Shown here: positions 26,006 through 34,982 of the stretch, one piece after another
Position numbering within the stretch: the stretch's first letter is position 1
Layout: every line of letters begins with the position of its first letter
Assembly (NCBI GenBank): GCA_016195275.1
Contig: JACPZZ010000023.1
Span: 1-52,717, forward strand
DNA from: Candidatus Aenigmatarchaeota archaeon
GTDB taxonomy: Archaea; Aenigmatarchaeota; Aenigmatarchaeia; JACPZZ01
DNA: 52,717 nucleotides
Direction: 5' to 3'
The notes under the pieces: generated by a model
Database searches by the model: none
Told to the model about the DNA's origin: nothing
Seen by the model: the letters and a program-made list of their open reading frames with translations, nothing else
Made by a program: the position numbers and the translations under genes

Positions 26006-26515
26006 ATGCCAAAAAGGAAGCGCAAGAACAATTTGCTGACCGTTACATTGACATTGGTTCTTATCCTGATCGCGGTCGCTCTTGCCAGAAACTACGCTTC
26101 GGGTAGAGTGCTGTCAGGATTCACCGAAAACACTGTCGAATTGGATAACATAGACCTCAAATACGATCCAAACCCAACACTGTACTTTTCAAAAGACTGC
26201 AGCGGCATAAAGATGGGCGTTACTAATGACCAGGCCTTCTCCATACGCGAAGCGCTGACAAGAAACATGTTCACCAGACCTTTGACGCACGACCTCATGA
26301 TCGATGTTCTTAACTCGTTCAGGGTAAAATTGGTTTACGCAAAGATAGACGACATAAAAGACGGCATATACACGGCAAAGCTTCTTTTCTACGACGGGGC
26401 TACGCTGCACGAGGCCGACGCAAGGCCCAGCGATATGGCTTCGTTAACCCTCAGGTTCGGCAACAGCTTTTCCATAAGCAATCGCCTTTTGTCAAACATG
26501 ACCAATATCTGCTAA
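26006..26515 (+). CDS. bifunctional nuclease (BFN/DUF151) domain protein with N-terminal membrane anchor
   Basis: 169 aa. Basic N-terminus plus TM helix (LLTVTLTLVLILIAVALA), then RPLTHDLMIDVL...ADARPSDMASLTLRF, characteristic of the BFN domain. Confidence 0.7.
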   Translation: MPKRKRKNNLLTVTLTLVLILIAVALARNYASGRVLSGFTENTVELDNIDLKYDPNPTLYFSKDCSGIKMGVTNDQAFSIREALTRNMFTRPLTHDLMIDVLNSFRVKLVYAKIDDIKDGIYTAKLLFYDGATLHEADARPSDMASLTLRFGNSFSISNRLLSNMTNIC

Positions 26516-27040
26516 AAGTTTTTTAATCTTTTTTTCAAGATCCTCTAGAGAGTCGTCATTCACTATCTTGTAATCCGCTATCTCAATAACCCTGTCCACG
26601 CCGAGACCGATCTGTTTTTGCTCGCGCCACTTGAACTCTCCCAAATTCTTCGGATCCCTGGATTCGCCCCTTTTCGAAAGCCTTTCAAAACGCATTTTTT
26701 CTGGCGCATCGATGCAAACGATAGTAACATCGCCCACCTTTTTTAAAATATCTATTTCCTCGATATTGCGCACGCCGTCAACGCACACAACATTTGAGTT
26801 TATTGTTTTCACTTTTTCCGCAATGCGTTTCGCAACCACATCCTTGCCGAACTGTTTGCGCAAGTCGACGGCAACGTTGTCAAGATTTTTTATGTTCGGC
26901 TCAAGCCCGCGTTTTTTCACCTCGTCGCGCACGACAAAACTCATAACAACAGTGGGTATATTTTCAGATTCCAGTATCTTGTTCACTTCGCCTTTGCCGG
27001 CACCGGGCATGCCCACGAGACAGATGATTTTCATCCCCAT
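26492..27040 (-). CDS. P-loop nucleotide kinase (UPF0200/dephospho-CoA-kinase-like fold)
   Basis: 182 aa. Walker A GMPGAGKGE and NMP-kinase-like layout. It overlaps the upstream Nudix stop. Confidence 0.7.
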   Translation of the reverse strand: MGMKIICLVGMPGAGKGEVNKILESENIPTVVMSFVVRDEVKKRGLEPNIKNLDNVAVDLRKQFGKDVVAKRIAEKVKTINSNVVCVDGVRNIEEIDILKKVGDVTIVCIDAPEKMRFERLSKRGESRDPKNLGEFKWREQKQIGLGVDRVIEIADYKIVNDDSLEDLEKKIKKLLADIGHV

Positions 27041-27450
27041 CCATCCTCGCTGAAAAAAATACCGTTGCTGGAGTTTTCAATCGCCCATTTCACGTAATCA
27101 ATGGTGTTGGGCGGCAAATCGTTTATAGGAAACCATCTTATGTCGTCGCATTTTCCCGGCTCCATGTTTTTGATCTCGCCGCTGTACCTCGACGTTTCAA
27201 GGAAAACACAAAACCTCTCGTAATTGGGGCTCTCGAATTTCCTGTGCATTATATTTGTGACTTTCAAATCTCGCGGCTCTAACCCTATTCCGGCCTCCTC
27301 CTTCGCTTCTCTGGCAATTGCCGCTAATACAGATTCCTCGCCGTCTATGTGGCCGGAGACCAGTCCGTAGTTTCCGCCCCTTTTCAATATAAGGTATACA
27401 GCACACACGAGTTTGAAATGTTCTTTTCCCACCCAGACACCAACATACAA
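27031..27450 (-). CDS. Nudix hydrolase (paralog 1, carries an internal deletion relative to paralog 2)
   Basis: 139 aa with a TTG start. Nudix box GHIDGEESVLAAIAREAKEEAGI. The C-terminal third is near-identical to the 28015-28473 product. About 13 residues are missing before the Nudix box. Confidence 0.75.
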   Translation of the reverse strand: MYVGVWVGKEHFKLVCAVYLILKRGGNYGLVSGHIDGEESVLAAIAREAKEEAGIGLEPRDLKVTNIMHRKFESPNYERFCVFLETSRYSGEIKNMEPGKCDDIRWFPINDLPPNTIDYVKWAIENSSNGIFFSEDGWG

Positions 27451-27552
27451 TAATGCTAAGTGCCGATTAAATAACTGTTTATCGTCCTTCCATCCCCTTG
27501 AATTGCGTAAATTTATACGGTTTTTATAAATATAGAACCCGTCTCGTCTATT

Positions 27553-28008
27553 ATGAAGACCGATTTAACGGTTGCTGGTTTTCTGTTCCACAAAAACAAA
27601 GTGCTGCTTATCCATCACAGAAAACTAAACCTGTGGCTGCCTCCGGGAGGGCACATCGGCAAAAATGAAACTCCGGACGAAGCCTTGGAGAGGGAGTTAA
27701 AAGAAGAATTGGGCCTGGAAATTGAAATATTGAACAGGAAAACAGTCCCTATGGGCGGCAACATTAAAAAGCAGCTGGCCGTTCCGTTTTATGTTAATGT
27801 GCACAGCGTTGGCGGGCACGATCATTGTTGTTTTTTCTATGTATGCAAATCTAAGAATCCGGAAAAATTGAAAATAAATGAGAACGAACTTAAAAATTTC
27901 GCATGGTTTTCCATCGGAGGGTTAAATGCTGAGAGTATCCCAGAGGATGTAAGAAGCATAGCCATTGAAGCCTTCAAGGCGTTTAACGCCGAAAGGGCAA
28001 GCAAATAA
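27553..28008 (+). CDS. Nudix hydrolase (distinct subfamily)
   Basis: 151 aa. Nudix box GGHIGKNETPDEALERELKEELGL. Confidence 0.85.
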   Translation: MKTDLTVAGFLFHKNKVLLIHHRKLNLWLPPGGHIGKNETPDEALERELKEELGLEIEILNRKTVPMGGNIKKQLAVPFYVNVHSVGGHDHCCFFYVCKSKNPEKLKINENELKNFAWFSIGGLNAESIPEDVRSIAIEAFKAFNAERASK

Positions 28009-28014
28009 TTTTTC

Positions 28015-28473
28015 TCATCCCCATCCGTCCTCGCTGAAAAAAATACCGCCGTCAGAATTTTTTATCGCCATTTTCACGTAGTCGACAGTGTTCACAGGCA
28101 GATCGTTTATAGGAAACCATCTTACATCATCGCATTTGTTTGGCTCCATGTTTTTGATCTCGCCGCTGTACTTTGAAGCTTCAAGAAAAACGCAAAACCT
28201 TTCGTAATCCGGGCTCTCGCATCTCCTGTGCATTATGTGGATAACTTTTAGGTCTTCGTGTTTGATGTCGATGCCAGTCTCCTCTTTTGTCTCCCTTGCC
28301 ATAGCATCAAATACCGATTCACCGCCATCAACATGCCCTGCAATCAGGCTGTAATTTCCATCGGCAAAGCCTGTATTAAACCTGCGAAGCATCAAAACCT
28401 TGCCGTCTTTCTTCAAGACTAGGTATACTGCGCATAAAAGTTTGAAATGATTTTTGTACATCACGCATCCCAC
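28015..28473 (-). CDS. Nudix hydrolase (paralog 2)
   Basis: 152 aa. Nudix box GHVDGGESVFDAMARETKEETGI. It ends FFSEDGWG, like paralog 1. Confidence 0.85.
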   Translation of the reverse strand: MGCVMYKNHFKLLCAVYLVLKKDGKVLMLRRFNTGFADGNYSLIAGHVDGGESVFDAMARETKEETGIDIKHEDLKVIHIMHRRCESPDYERFCVFLEASKYSGEIKNMEPNKCDDVRWFPINDLPVNTVDYVKMAIKNSDGGIFFSEDGWG

Positions 28474-29090
28474 TCCTCGAAAAATTCTTTTAAAAAGGAT
28501 TCCATGAACTCGTGCCTTTTAACAGCCATCTCCGCTGCCGTTTTCGTATTCATCCTGTCCTTTAGCAGTAAGAGCTTTTCATAAAAATGGTTTATCGACG
28601 TGGATTTTTTTATTTTTTCCTGCGATGGATTTGGGTCAGGTTTCACAGAAGGGTCATAGAACGTGATTTTATTATGCGCCCCATACTCCGCGCTTCTGAT
28701 TATCCCTAATGCGCCAATGGCGTCAAGCCTGTCGGCGTCCTGCACCACCCTCCCTTCAATCGTGACCATTTTATCGTCATGATTCGCACCTTTGAATGAT
28801 ATTTTTTCAATTATTTCCGTTATCCTGTTTCTGATGTCTTCTGTTGCCCCGCATTCTTTCAGCCATTTCGCAACAACCCCGCTTTTGTAATTATCCGTTT
28901 TCCAATCCTCTATATCGTGCAGCAACGCGGCAAGTTCGATGACAAATAAATCTCCGCCCTCTATTGCGGCTATTCTCAAGGCGTTCCTTCTTACCCGGTC
29001 TATGTGGGACCAGTCGTGGCCGGAAGTGTCGCCTAAACAATGTTCTTTGACGCGTTTTTCAATATCCGCCAAGATTTGTTTTCTGTCCAT
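28461..29090 (-). CDS. HD-domain metal-dependent phosphohydrolase
   Basis: About 209 aa from the ATG at 29090 (the ORF opens at TTG 29093). HDWSHIDRV and LLHDIEDWK motifs. Confidence 0.8.
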   Translation of the reverse strand: MDRKQILADIEKRVKEHCLGDTSGHDWSHIDRVRRNALRIAAIEGGDLFVIELAALLHDIEDWKTDNYKSGVVAKWLKECGATEDIRNRITEIIEKISFKGANHDDKMVTIEGRVVQDADRLDAIGALGIIRSAEYGAHNKITFYDPSVKPDPNPSQEKIKKSTSINHFYEKLLLLKDRMNTKTAAEMAVKRHEFMESFLKEFFEEWDA

Positions 29091-29096
29091 CAAACA

Positions 29097-29255
29097 TCAC
29101 TTATTTCTTTGGTAAACGTTCTTAAGCCACCATCGCTTAAACACAGGCGTAGTCAATGTGGATATTATCGTGACATACGTCGCAATTGCTATGATAATAC
29201 GCCGTGTCCAGCTCGTTTCCCAAGCCTTGTTTTTTCTGGTCATTTGGCCAACCAT
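29097..29255 (-). CDS. possible unlisted 52-aa single-pass membrane protein
   Basis: My translation: MVGQMTRKNKAWETSWTRRIIIAIATYVTIISTLTTPVFKRWWLKNVYQRNK. ATG start, one TM helix flanked by basic residues. It fills the gap between tRNA-Met and the HD gene on the same strand. Confidence 0.3.
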   Translation of the reverse strand: MVGQMTRKNKAWETSWTRRIIIAIATYVTIISTLTTPVFKRWWLKNVYQRNK

Positions 29256-29368
29256 TGCCTGGACCGAGAATTGAACTCGGGACCTTTCGATACCACTTCA
29301 CAGCCGCTAAGGCTCGTCACTCATAATGAACTTATGAGTCGAACGCTCTACCGCTGAGCCACCCAGGC
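29256..29368 (-). tRNA. tRNA with CAU anticodon (elongator Met or Ile2) with 41-nt canonical intron
   Basis: GCCTGGG-TG-GCTC-AGCGGTA-GAGC-G-TTCGA-CTCATA[intron]A-TCGAA-AGGTC-CCGAG-TTCAATT-CTCGG-TCCAGGC-A. The intron segment TTATGAG pairs with the anticodon loop CTCATAA. The anticodon stem lacks the three G-C pairs of initiators. Confidence 0.85.
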
Positions 29369-29395
29369 ACGCTTAATTAACTTTCATGACCCCAT

Positions 29396-30064
29396 TTAAA
29401 TTCGTTTCTTTAACATGACGCACACGTTCTTTGAAAAGATTTTGAACGGCAGTTTGTAAGAATCCTCGGCAAAAAGTTTAACCACCTTGAAACCTGCCAT
29501 TTTAGCCAGCCTTTTCATTTCATTGTAGGTGAACAGGTGATAGTATCTGTAATGAACGGTTCCTTTATGGTTCCAAGCGACATACCGGTCTTTTTTACCC
29601 AGTATAAAGCGTGGCTGCGTTTTATTCCATGTGGTGACCAATGCAGTTCCGTTTGGTTTCAAAACGCGGAAAACCTCCTTGAACGCCCTTAATCGCTTTT
29701 CATAAGAATCAAGGTGGTGGAAAACAGCCACCGACAAAGCATAATCAAACGTGCCATCTTTGAAGGGAAGAGCCATACAATTTGCCTTTATCAAAGGGAA
29801 TTTTACCCTGTTTTTATCCATAAACTTTCTTGCCCGGAACAGCATTTGTTTGCTTGTATCTACTGCGACACATTCAAAGCCGTGTTTCGCAAAAACAACA
29901 GAATACGCGCCAATACCACAGCCGACATCCAACAGCTTGCCTTTAGGCCATGACTTGGCATAATTTTCAGGGTTGAAGATGACAAATGGGTTTTGTCGTA
30001 AATGGTACCAGCCTTCCGCTATCGAATCATAAACCTTTTCAACATCCTCATCCGTGAATCGCAT
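29396..30064 (-). CDS. class I SAM-dependent methyltransferase
   Basis: 222 aa. Motif I LLDVGCGIGAYS and the post-I acidic residue context. Confidence 0.8.
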   Translation of the reverse strand: MRFTDEDVEKVYDSIAEGWYHLRQNPFVIFNPENYAKSWPKGKLLDVGCGIGAYSVVFAKHGFECVAVDTSKQMLFRARKFMDKNRVKFPLIKANCMALPFKDGTFDYALSVAVFHHLDSYEKRLRAFKEVFRVLKPNGTALVTTWNKTQPRFILGKKDRYVAWNHKGTVHYRYYHLFTYNEMKRLAKMAGFKVVKLFAEDSYKLPFKIFSKNVCVMLKKRI

Positions 30065-30098
30065 AAGTTTATCTTACTTTGGGAGTGTATTTAATCCC

Positions 30099-31517
30099 AT
30101 GAGCGTCTCGGCAGAAACTACGAACGTCAAGAAAAAAGTCCGCACAATATCCGGTGTCAGTATCGTAGCTGTAATGACAAAACCGCTTCCTTGCCCGGGC
30201 AAATGCATTTATTGTCCGGGCGGCATAGACAAAGAAATTCCAACGCCGAAAAGCTATCTGCCAAAATCGCCTGTGGTAATGCGCGCAGCACGCGACGCTT
30301 ACGACCCTTACCTGCAAACTGCGTCCCGCCTGAAGGCGCTGAAATCGATGGGCCACATAACCGATAAAGTTGAGATTATTGTGATGGGCGGCACGTTCAT
30401 GGCTACGCCAGTCGCATATCGACACGACTTCATCAAAGGGTGTTATGACGGATTGAACGGCTTTGTTTCAAACACGCTTGCAGACGCAAAAAACTACAAC
30501 GAAACCGCAGAGAACCGCTGCGTTGCCATGTGCATCGAAACAAGACCGGACTGGGCTTATGAGTATCAAATCAACCAAATGCTTGATTTCGGTGCGACAC
30601 GCGTTGAACTTGGCGTCCAGATACCGGACGACGAAAATTACGTATTAACAAAGCGCGGTCACACGGTAAAAGATGTCATCGAATCGACCCGTTTGTTAAA
30701 AGATTCCGGTTTCAAGGTCTATTACCATTATATGTGCAACCTGCCCGGATCTGAGTTGAAAAAAGACCTGGAGATGTTCAAAGTTTTGTTCGAAAACCCA
30801 GACTTTCGTCCGGATGGCGTCAAAATTTACCCGTGCCTTGTGCTGGAAAACACAGAATTGCAGCAATGGTTCGACAAAGGCGAGCATTACGCCTACACGA
30901 ACGACGAATTAATCGAGCTGCTGGTGAAAATAAAAAAGTTAGTTCCACGTTACGCAAGAATATCACGTGTGATGCGCGACATACCTGCGGAGTATGTTGT
31001 CGGAGGCACGAAATATTCCCATTTGAGGGACGCCGTGAAGGCGCAAATGTCACAGAAAGGTATGAAGTGCGCATGCACAAGGTGCCGTGAAGTTGGTTAT
31101 AGTTTGCTAAGCGGAAAACATGTTGACGAAAACGCTATAAGGCTCAACAGAATGGATTACGAAGCGTCAGACGGGCATGAAATTTTCTTGAGTTTCGAAG
31201 ACATGAAAAATGATATTTTGTTGGGTTTGTTGCGCCTGCGCTTCCCTTCAAGGCCTTTCCGTCCGGAGATAACACCAACTACGTCGCTTGTAAGGGAAAT
31301 CCACGTATTCGGAAAAGAAACAGCAATAGGCTCGGCGTTTTCCGCAGAGCAGTTCCAGCATCGGGGATTTGGCAAAAAACTTCTAGAAGAAGCGGAAAGA
31401 ATTTCGAAAGAAAACAACACGGAAAAAATCGCGGTCATTTCGGGAGTCGGCGCGCGGAGGTATTACAGAAAGCTTGGCTATACTCTGGAAGGCGCGTATA
31501 TGGTGAAAATACTATGA
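30099..31517 (+). CDS. elp3: Elp3-type radical-SAM/GNAT tRNA modification enzyme
   Basis: Radical-SAM cluster CPGKCIYCPGG and a C-terminal GNAT motif QHRGFGKKLLEEAE. The ORF opens at GTG 30054, which overlaps the divergent gene, so I prefer the ATG at 30099. Confidence 0.85.
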   Translation: MSVSAETTNVKKKVRTISGVSIVAVMTKPLPCPGKCIYCPGGIDKEIPTPKSYLPKSPVVMRAARDAYDPYLQTASRLKALKSMGHITDKVEIIVMGGTFMATPVAYRHDFIKGCYDGLNGFVSNTLADAKNYNETAENRCVAMCIETRPDWAYEYQINQMLDFGATRVELGVQIPDDENYVLTKRGHTVKDVIESTRLLKDSGFKVYYHYMCNLPGSELKKDLEMFKVLFENPDFRPDGVKIYPCLVLENTELQQWFDKGEHYAYTNDELIELLVKIKKLVPRYARISRVMRDIPAEYVVGGTKYSHLRDAVKAQMSQKGMKCACTRCREVGYSLLSGKHVDENAIRLNRMDYEASDGHEIFLSFEDMKNDILLGLLRLRFPSRPFRPEITPTTSLVREIHVFGKETAIGSAFSAEQFQHRGFGKKLLEEAERISKENNTEKIAVISGVGARRYYRKLGYTLEGAYMVKIL

Positions 31518-32272
31518 CAGAGGAAAAAGTGTATTTCAAAACTCCGAAAGGAAACACACTTTGCGGCGTATTGTCGCGTCCGAACAAGAAGCACGATTCC
31601 GTCGTAGTGATCTGCCACGGGTTCAGATCCAGCAAAGACGGAAAATCCTCTCCACAGCTGCAGAAGATATTGAATGGCAGAAACATTGCAACGTTCAGGT
31701 TTGATTTTTTCGGTCATGGCGAAAGCGACGGGAAATTTGAAGATATAACAATATCCGAAGCCGTCGAAGACGTCTTAAGTGCGATACGTTTTGTAAAAGG
31801 CACGGGTTATTCGAAAATAGGGCTCATTGGAACGAGTTTCGGAGGCATAAGCAGCATTGTGGCAGCGTCCAGATCAAAAGACTTGCGTGTTCTTGTACTG
31901 AGGGCACCCGTTTCCAATTATCAGGAGAAAGAGACGCTGAAACGGGGCAATTCGGGCATTGAAAGATGGAAGGAAACGGGATACGTCGAATACGACGATA
32001 ACGGAAGAAAATTTAAACTGAAGTATGCATTCTTCGAGGATTTCGAAAACAATAACGGTTACGAGGCCGGTAAAAACATAAAAATCCCAACTCTGATCAT
32101 TCACGGGGATAAGGACGATGTTGTTCCTATAGAACAGAGCATCAGACTTTCCAAAATTATCAGTAATTGCAAGTTGGAAATAATCAGAGGCGCGGATCAC
32201 AATTTTACCGATGAAAATGATTTTATCAGAACTCTTGAGTCGACGGCCAATTTTATCACAACCAAACTATAG
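31514..32272 (+). CDS. alpha/beta-fold hydrolase
   Basis: 252 aa. Nucleophile elbow GTSFGG, a late Asp (HGDKDDVV) and His (GADHNF). It overlaps the elp3 stop by 4 nt. Confidence 0.75.
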   Translation: MTEEKVYFKTPKGNTLCGVLSRPNKKHDSVVVICHGFRSSKDGKSSPQLQKILNGRNIATFRFDFFGHGESDGKFEDITISEAVEDVLSAIRFVKGTGYSKIGLIGTSFGGISSIVAASRSKDLRVLVLRAPVSNYQEKETLKRGNSGIERWKETGYVEYDDNGRKFKLKYAFFEDFENNNGYEAGKNIKIPTLIIHGDKDDVVPIEQSIRLSKIISNCKLEIIRGADHNFTDENDFIRTLESTANFITTKL

Positions 32273-33130
32273 CGCAGTTTTTATCGCTTTCGGTATGTAA
32301 TCAATTAATTTCGAAGCAGTCAAACCTTCTCCCCAGTCTTTAGCACACATATCCCCGGCCAAGCCATTTAAAAAAGTTGCGACACAAGCCGCACCAAAAA
32401 CATCGGTACCTCTTGAAATCAAAGCACCGCATATTCCCGCAAGCGTGTCGCCTGTTCCTCCGACTGTCATATAAGGATTTCCGGTTTTGTTTATTGAAAT
32501 TTTACCCTTTGCACCAATTACGTCGGTATCACCCTTCAAAACTATTACAACATCAAGCGAAGAAGAAAATTCCGTGACAAGCTGAATTCTTTTTTGCAGA
32601 TCCAGATCAACGTCCTTGCCGGAAAATACGGACATCTCATAAGCGTGCGGTGTCAAGACTGCGTCTCTACCGTCCAGAATTTTATGGTTTTTAGGCGTTA
32701 GCGCTTTTATCGCATCCGCGTCTATTACCATAGGCTTTTCAATTTTAGAAATTATTTCCAAAACAGCAGCCATCGTTTCTTTTTCCATACCAAGCCCATT
32801 GCCTATCACAATAGCGTCGGCGCGTTCGGATAATTTCAAAACAGGTTTGGTATGCGATTTGTTCAGATAATCACCTTTAAGCGGAAAAGCCATTATGTCC
32901 GGCGAGAAAGAGGCCATAACATCCGCGGCCCGCCTCGGCGCAGCATTCCAGACAAGGTCGCATCCGGACGCATACGCGGCGAGGGAAACAAGAGCGGCGG
33001 AGCCTGTGTATTTGTCCGAACCTCCGATAACAAGAAGCTTTCCGTAATCGCCTTTTTTCGAAAATTTGTCGCGTGGCAAATAGATTTCCTTGACAAGTCT
33101 GTTAGAAGTTTCCATGAAAGGTGTTTTCAT
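32267..33130 (-). CDS. nnrD: ADP-dependent NAD(P)H-hydrate dehydratase (YjeF C-terminal/carbohydrate-kinase fold)
   Basis: 287 aa. GGSDKYTGSAALVSLAA and GTGDTLAGI motifs. Confidence 0.8.
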   Translation of the reverse strand: MKTPFMETSNRLVKEIYLPRDKFSKKGDYGKLLVIGGSDKYTGSAALVSLAAYASGCDLVWNAAPRRAADVMASFSPDIMAFPLKGDYLNKSHTKPVLKLSERADAIVIGNGLGMEKETMAAVLEIISKIEKPMVIDADAIKALTPKNHKILDGRDAVLTPHAYEMSVFSGKDVDLDLQKRIQLVTEFSSSLDVVIVLKGDTDVIGAKGKISINKTGNPYMTVGGTGDTLAGICGALISRGTDVFGAACVATFLNGLAGDMCAKDWGEGLTASKLIDYIPKAIKTAL

Positions 33131-33142
33131 AATTATACCATC

Positions 33143-34006
33143 TCAAATGGCCATGATAATAATTCCCGATATGACAGACAAGACACCGATATATTGCAAT
33201 TTAGTCAGCCTTTCTTTCAGTATCGCAAAAGACAAGACGACTGTAATAAGCACAGAAGCAGACGCTATCGGAGAAACTACAGAAAGATATTCGCCGCTTA
33301 TGCCAAGATTGTAAGCCAGCCCGCCCAGAAAATTTAAAACACCAGACGCCGCCGCGATCAATATATATTTGAGTCCGACTTTTGCTTTGTCGCGCATTTT
33401 AGGGAAAAACAATATGGCAATCATAAGCGTCTGCCAAATGGAAAACAGGAAAGTTGCAGAAAGCCAGCCGACTTCGTCGATTGCGACCTTGCCGAATGCA
33501 AGAGACGAGCCGAAAAACACCATAGACAGCAGCGCTTCAGAGGAACCTTTCATTGCGTGCTTCTTGATCGACGATCTGGCTTCGGAAACCTTCACCACAG
33601 CCATGAATATGCCGGACACTATGAGCAACGCAGCCGCGGCCTGGTTTAAAGTGGGGATTTGGTGAAAAACCAAAAATCCGATAACAACCGTTACCAGCGA
33701 CCAACTCGAGACAACAGGCGCAACCAGCGCAACTTTTCCTATCCTGAGCCCTTTGTATAACGCAAGAAAACCGAGTATCATTAGAAAGGCTGGCGGAAAC
33801 GAGATCAACAAAGACTGTCCGGAAAAATGTATTGTGCCGGGGAAAGCCAGCATATACGCAAGCATCATAAAAAATATAGCAACCTGCCCTATTACGAGCG
33901 TCCTTATGCTTCCGATTTTCCTAACCGGGTGTACAACGATAAAATCAGCAATCCCCCAGCTGAACATTGAAAATAGCGCCAGCAAAAAGCTTTCTGTGAC
34001 AGCCAT
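33143..34006 (-). CDS. EamA/DMT-family transporter
   Basis: 287 aa, about 10 TM helices arranged as two EamA-like halves. Confidence 0.8.
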   Translation of the reverse strand: MAVTESFLLALFSMFSWGIADFIVVHPVRKIGSIRTLVIGQVAIFFMMLAYMLAFPGTIHFSGQSLLISFPPAFLMILGFLALYKGLRIGKVALVAPVVSSWSLVTVVIGFLVFHQIPTLNQAAAALLIVSGIFMAVVKVSEARSSIKKHAMKGSSEALLSMVFFGSSLAFGKVAIDEVGWLSATFLFSIWQTLMIAILFFPKMRDKAKVGLKYILIAAASGVLNFLGGLAYNLGISGEYLSVVSPIASASVLITVVLSFAILKERLTKLQYIGVLSVISGIIIMAI

Positions 34007-34047
34007 GCAATTTAATTAAAACCGGAGACGGAAATACGCGACTTTGG

Positions 34048-34965
34048 TTACTGTTTTATGGACCCGCTTCCTACGATCCGCACGCCCTGCGATTCCGGCC
34101 TCAATACCACCGCAATTTCGCCCTTCTCGAAAACAATAGGCCTCATAAACTGCAATTTCATCGGGTTTATTGAAACAATTTTCGCGGTCTTCATCTGCAT
34201 GCCGACATTAACCACGAACGTTTGGTTTTCTTTAACATCCTCTTTGAAATATTTGTTCTGCTTGTAGTCCAGTGTAACGTCCTGTGAAACTTTTTCGTCA
34301 GAGCCGCATAAAACATCCCCGCGCTGGACATCGCCGGCGTTTATCCCCTTTACAGCCAAGCCGGCGCGCGCCGGTGCTGCAGCCTCTGTAACGGTATCGT
34401 CGTGCATCTGTATGGATTTTATCATAACTTCGGTTCCGGCAGGAAAAAGTTTCATTGTATCGTAAGTTTTTATTTTTCCGCGGGCGACCTTGCCCAATAA
34501 AACGACACCGACGCCCTTAACCTCGAAGGAATGGTCGATAACAACTTTCGCGCTGCCTTCTTCAGAAACCGCAGGCAATGCGTCCATTTCGGTTTTTAAA
34601 TTCTGAATTTCGACAATTTTGTATTTTTCAGCAACCGTGCCCCCGGTCATTGATAACAGCTGTTCGCGGTCGATGTCGTACGAATGACATAACAGCCCTT
34701 TGTCCTTTCCAAGAGCATCCAATGCAATTATCTGCTCGCCGGTGAATTTGTCAAGTTTTGTGATGTAAAGGATTGCGTATTCGCCCATCTGGATCGCATG
34801 GAACAGCGATTGTATTTTATCCGGGAACCCTGTTGGCAGAGTCCAAGTTTTGACAATTCCGGGGTCTTTGCGGTCGTAGATTGTTATATCGGACGACGTA
34901 CCTTTCTTGCCCCAATCTTTGACGATTGATTCTTCACCGAGAAATGTGTAGTTGATGGAAATCAT
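34048..34965 (-). CDS. EF-Tu/EF-1A-like protein with degenerate G domain
   Basis: I trimmed to the ATG at 34965 because the longer ORF runs through tRNA-Lys. Domain II signature KGVGVVLLGKVARGKIK...IKSIQMHDD. The G4-like TKLD is kept, but no GxxxxGK[ST] P-loop or DxxG is present. Confidence 0.7.
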   Translation of the reverse strand: MISINYTFLGEESIVKDWGKKGTSSDITIYDRKDPGIVKTWTLPTGFPDKIQSLFHAIQMGEYAILYITKLDKFTGEQIIALDALGKDKGLLCHSYDIDREQLLSMTGGTVAEKYKIVEIQNLKTEMDALPAVSEEGSAKVVIDHSFEVKGVGVVLLGKVARGKIKTYDTMKLFPAGTEVMIKSIQMHDDTVTEAAAPARAGLAVKGINAGDVQRGDVLCGSDEKVSQDVTLDYKQNKYFKEDVKENQTFVVNVGMQMKTAKIVSINPMKLQFMRPIVFEKGEIAVVLRPESQGVRIVGSGSIKQ

Positions 34966-34982
34966 TTTTAAACATCTTTTAT

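Noticed and set aside
29040-29357. 105-aa plus-strand ORF
   Set aside because: It overlaps tRNA(CAU) antisense and the HD gene start, and has no motif.
29256-29368. Initiator tRNA-Met identity for the CAU tRNA
   Set aside because: The anticodon stem is TTCGA/TCGAA, without the three consecutive G-C pairs. The acceptor starts G1-C72 rather than the archaeal initiator A1-U72.
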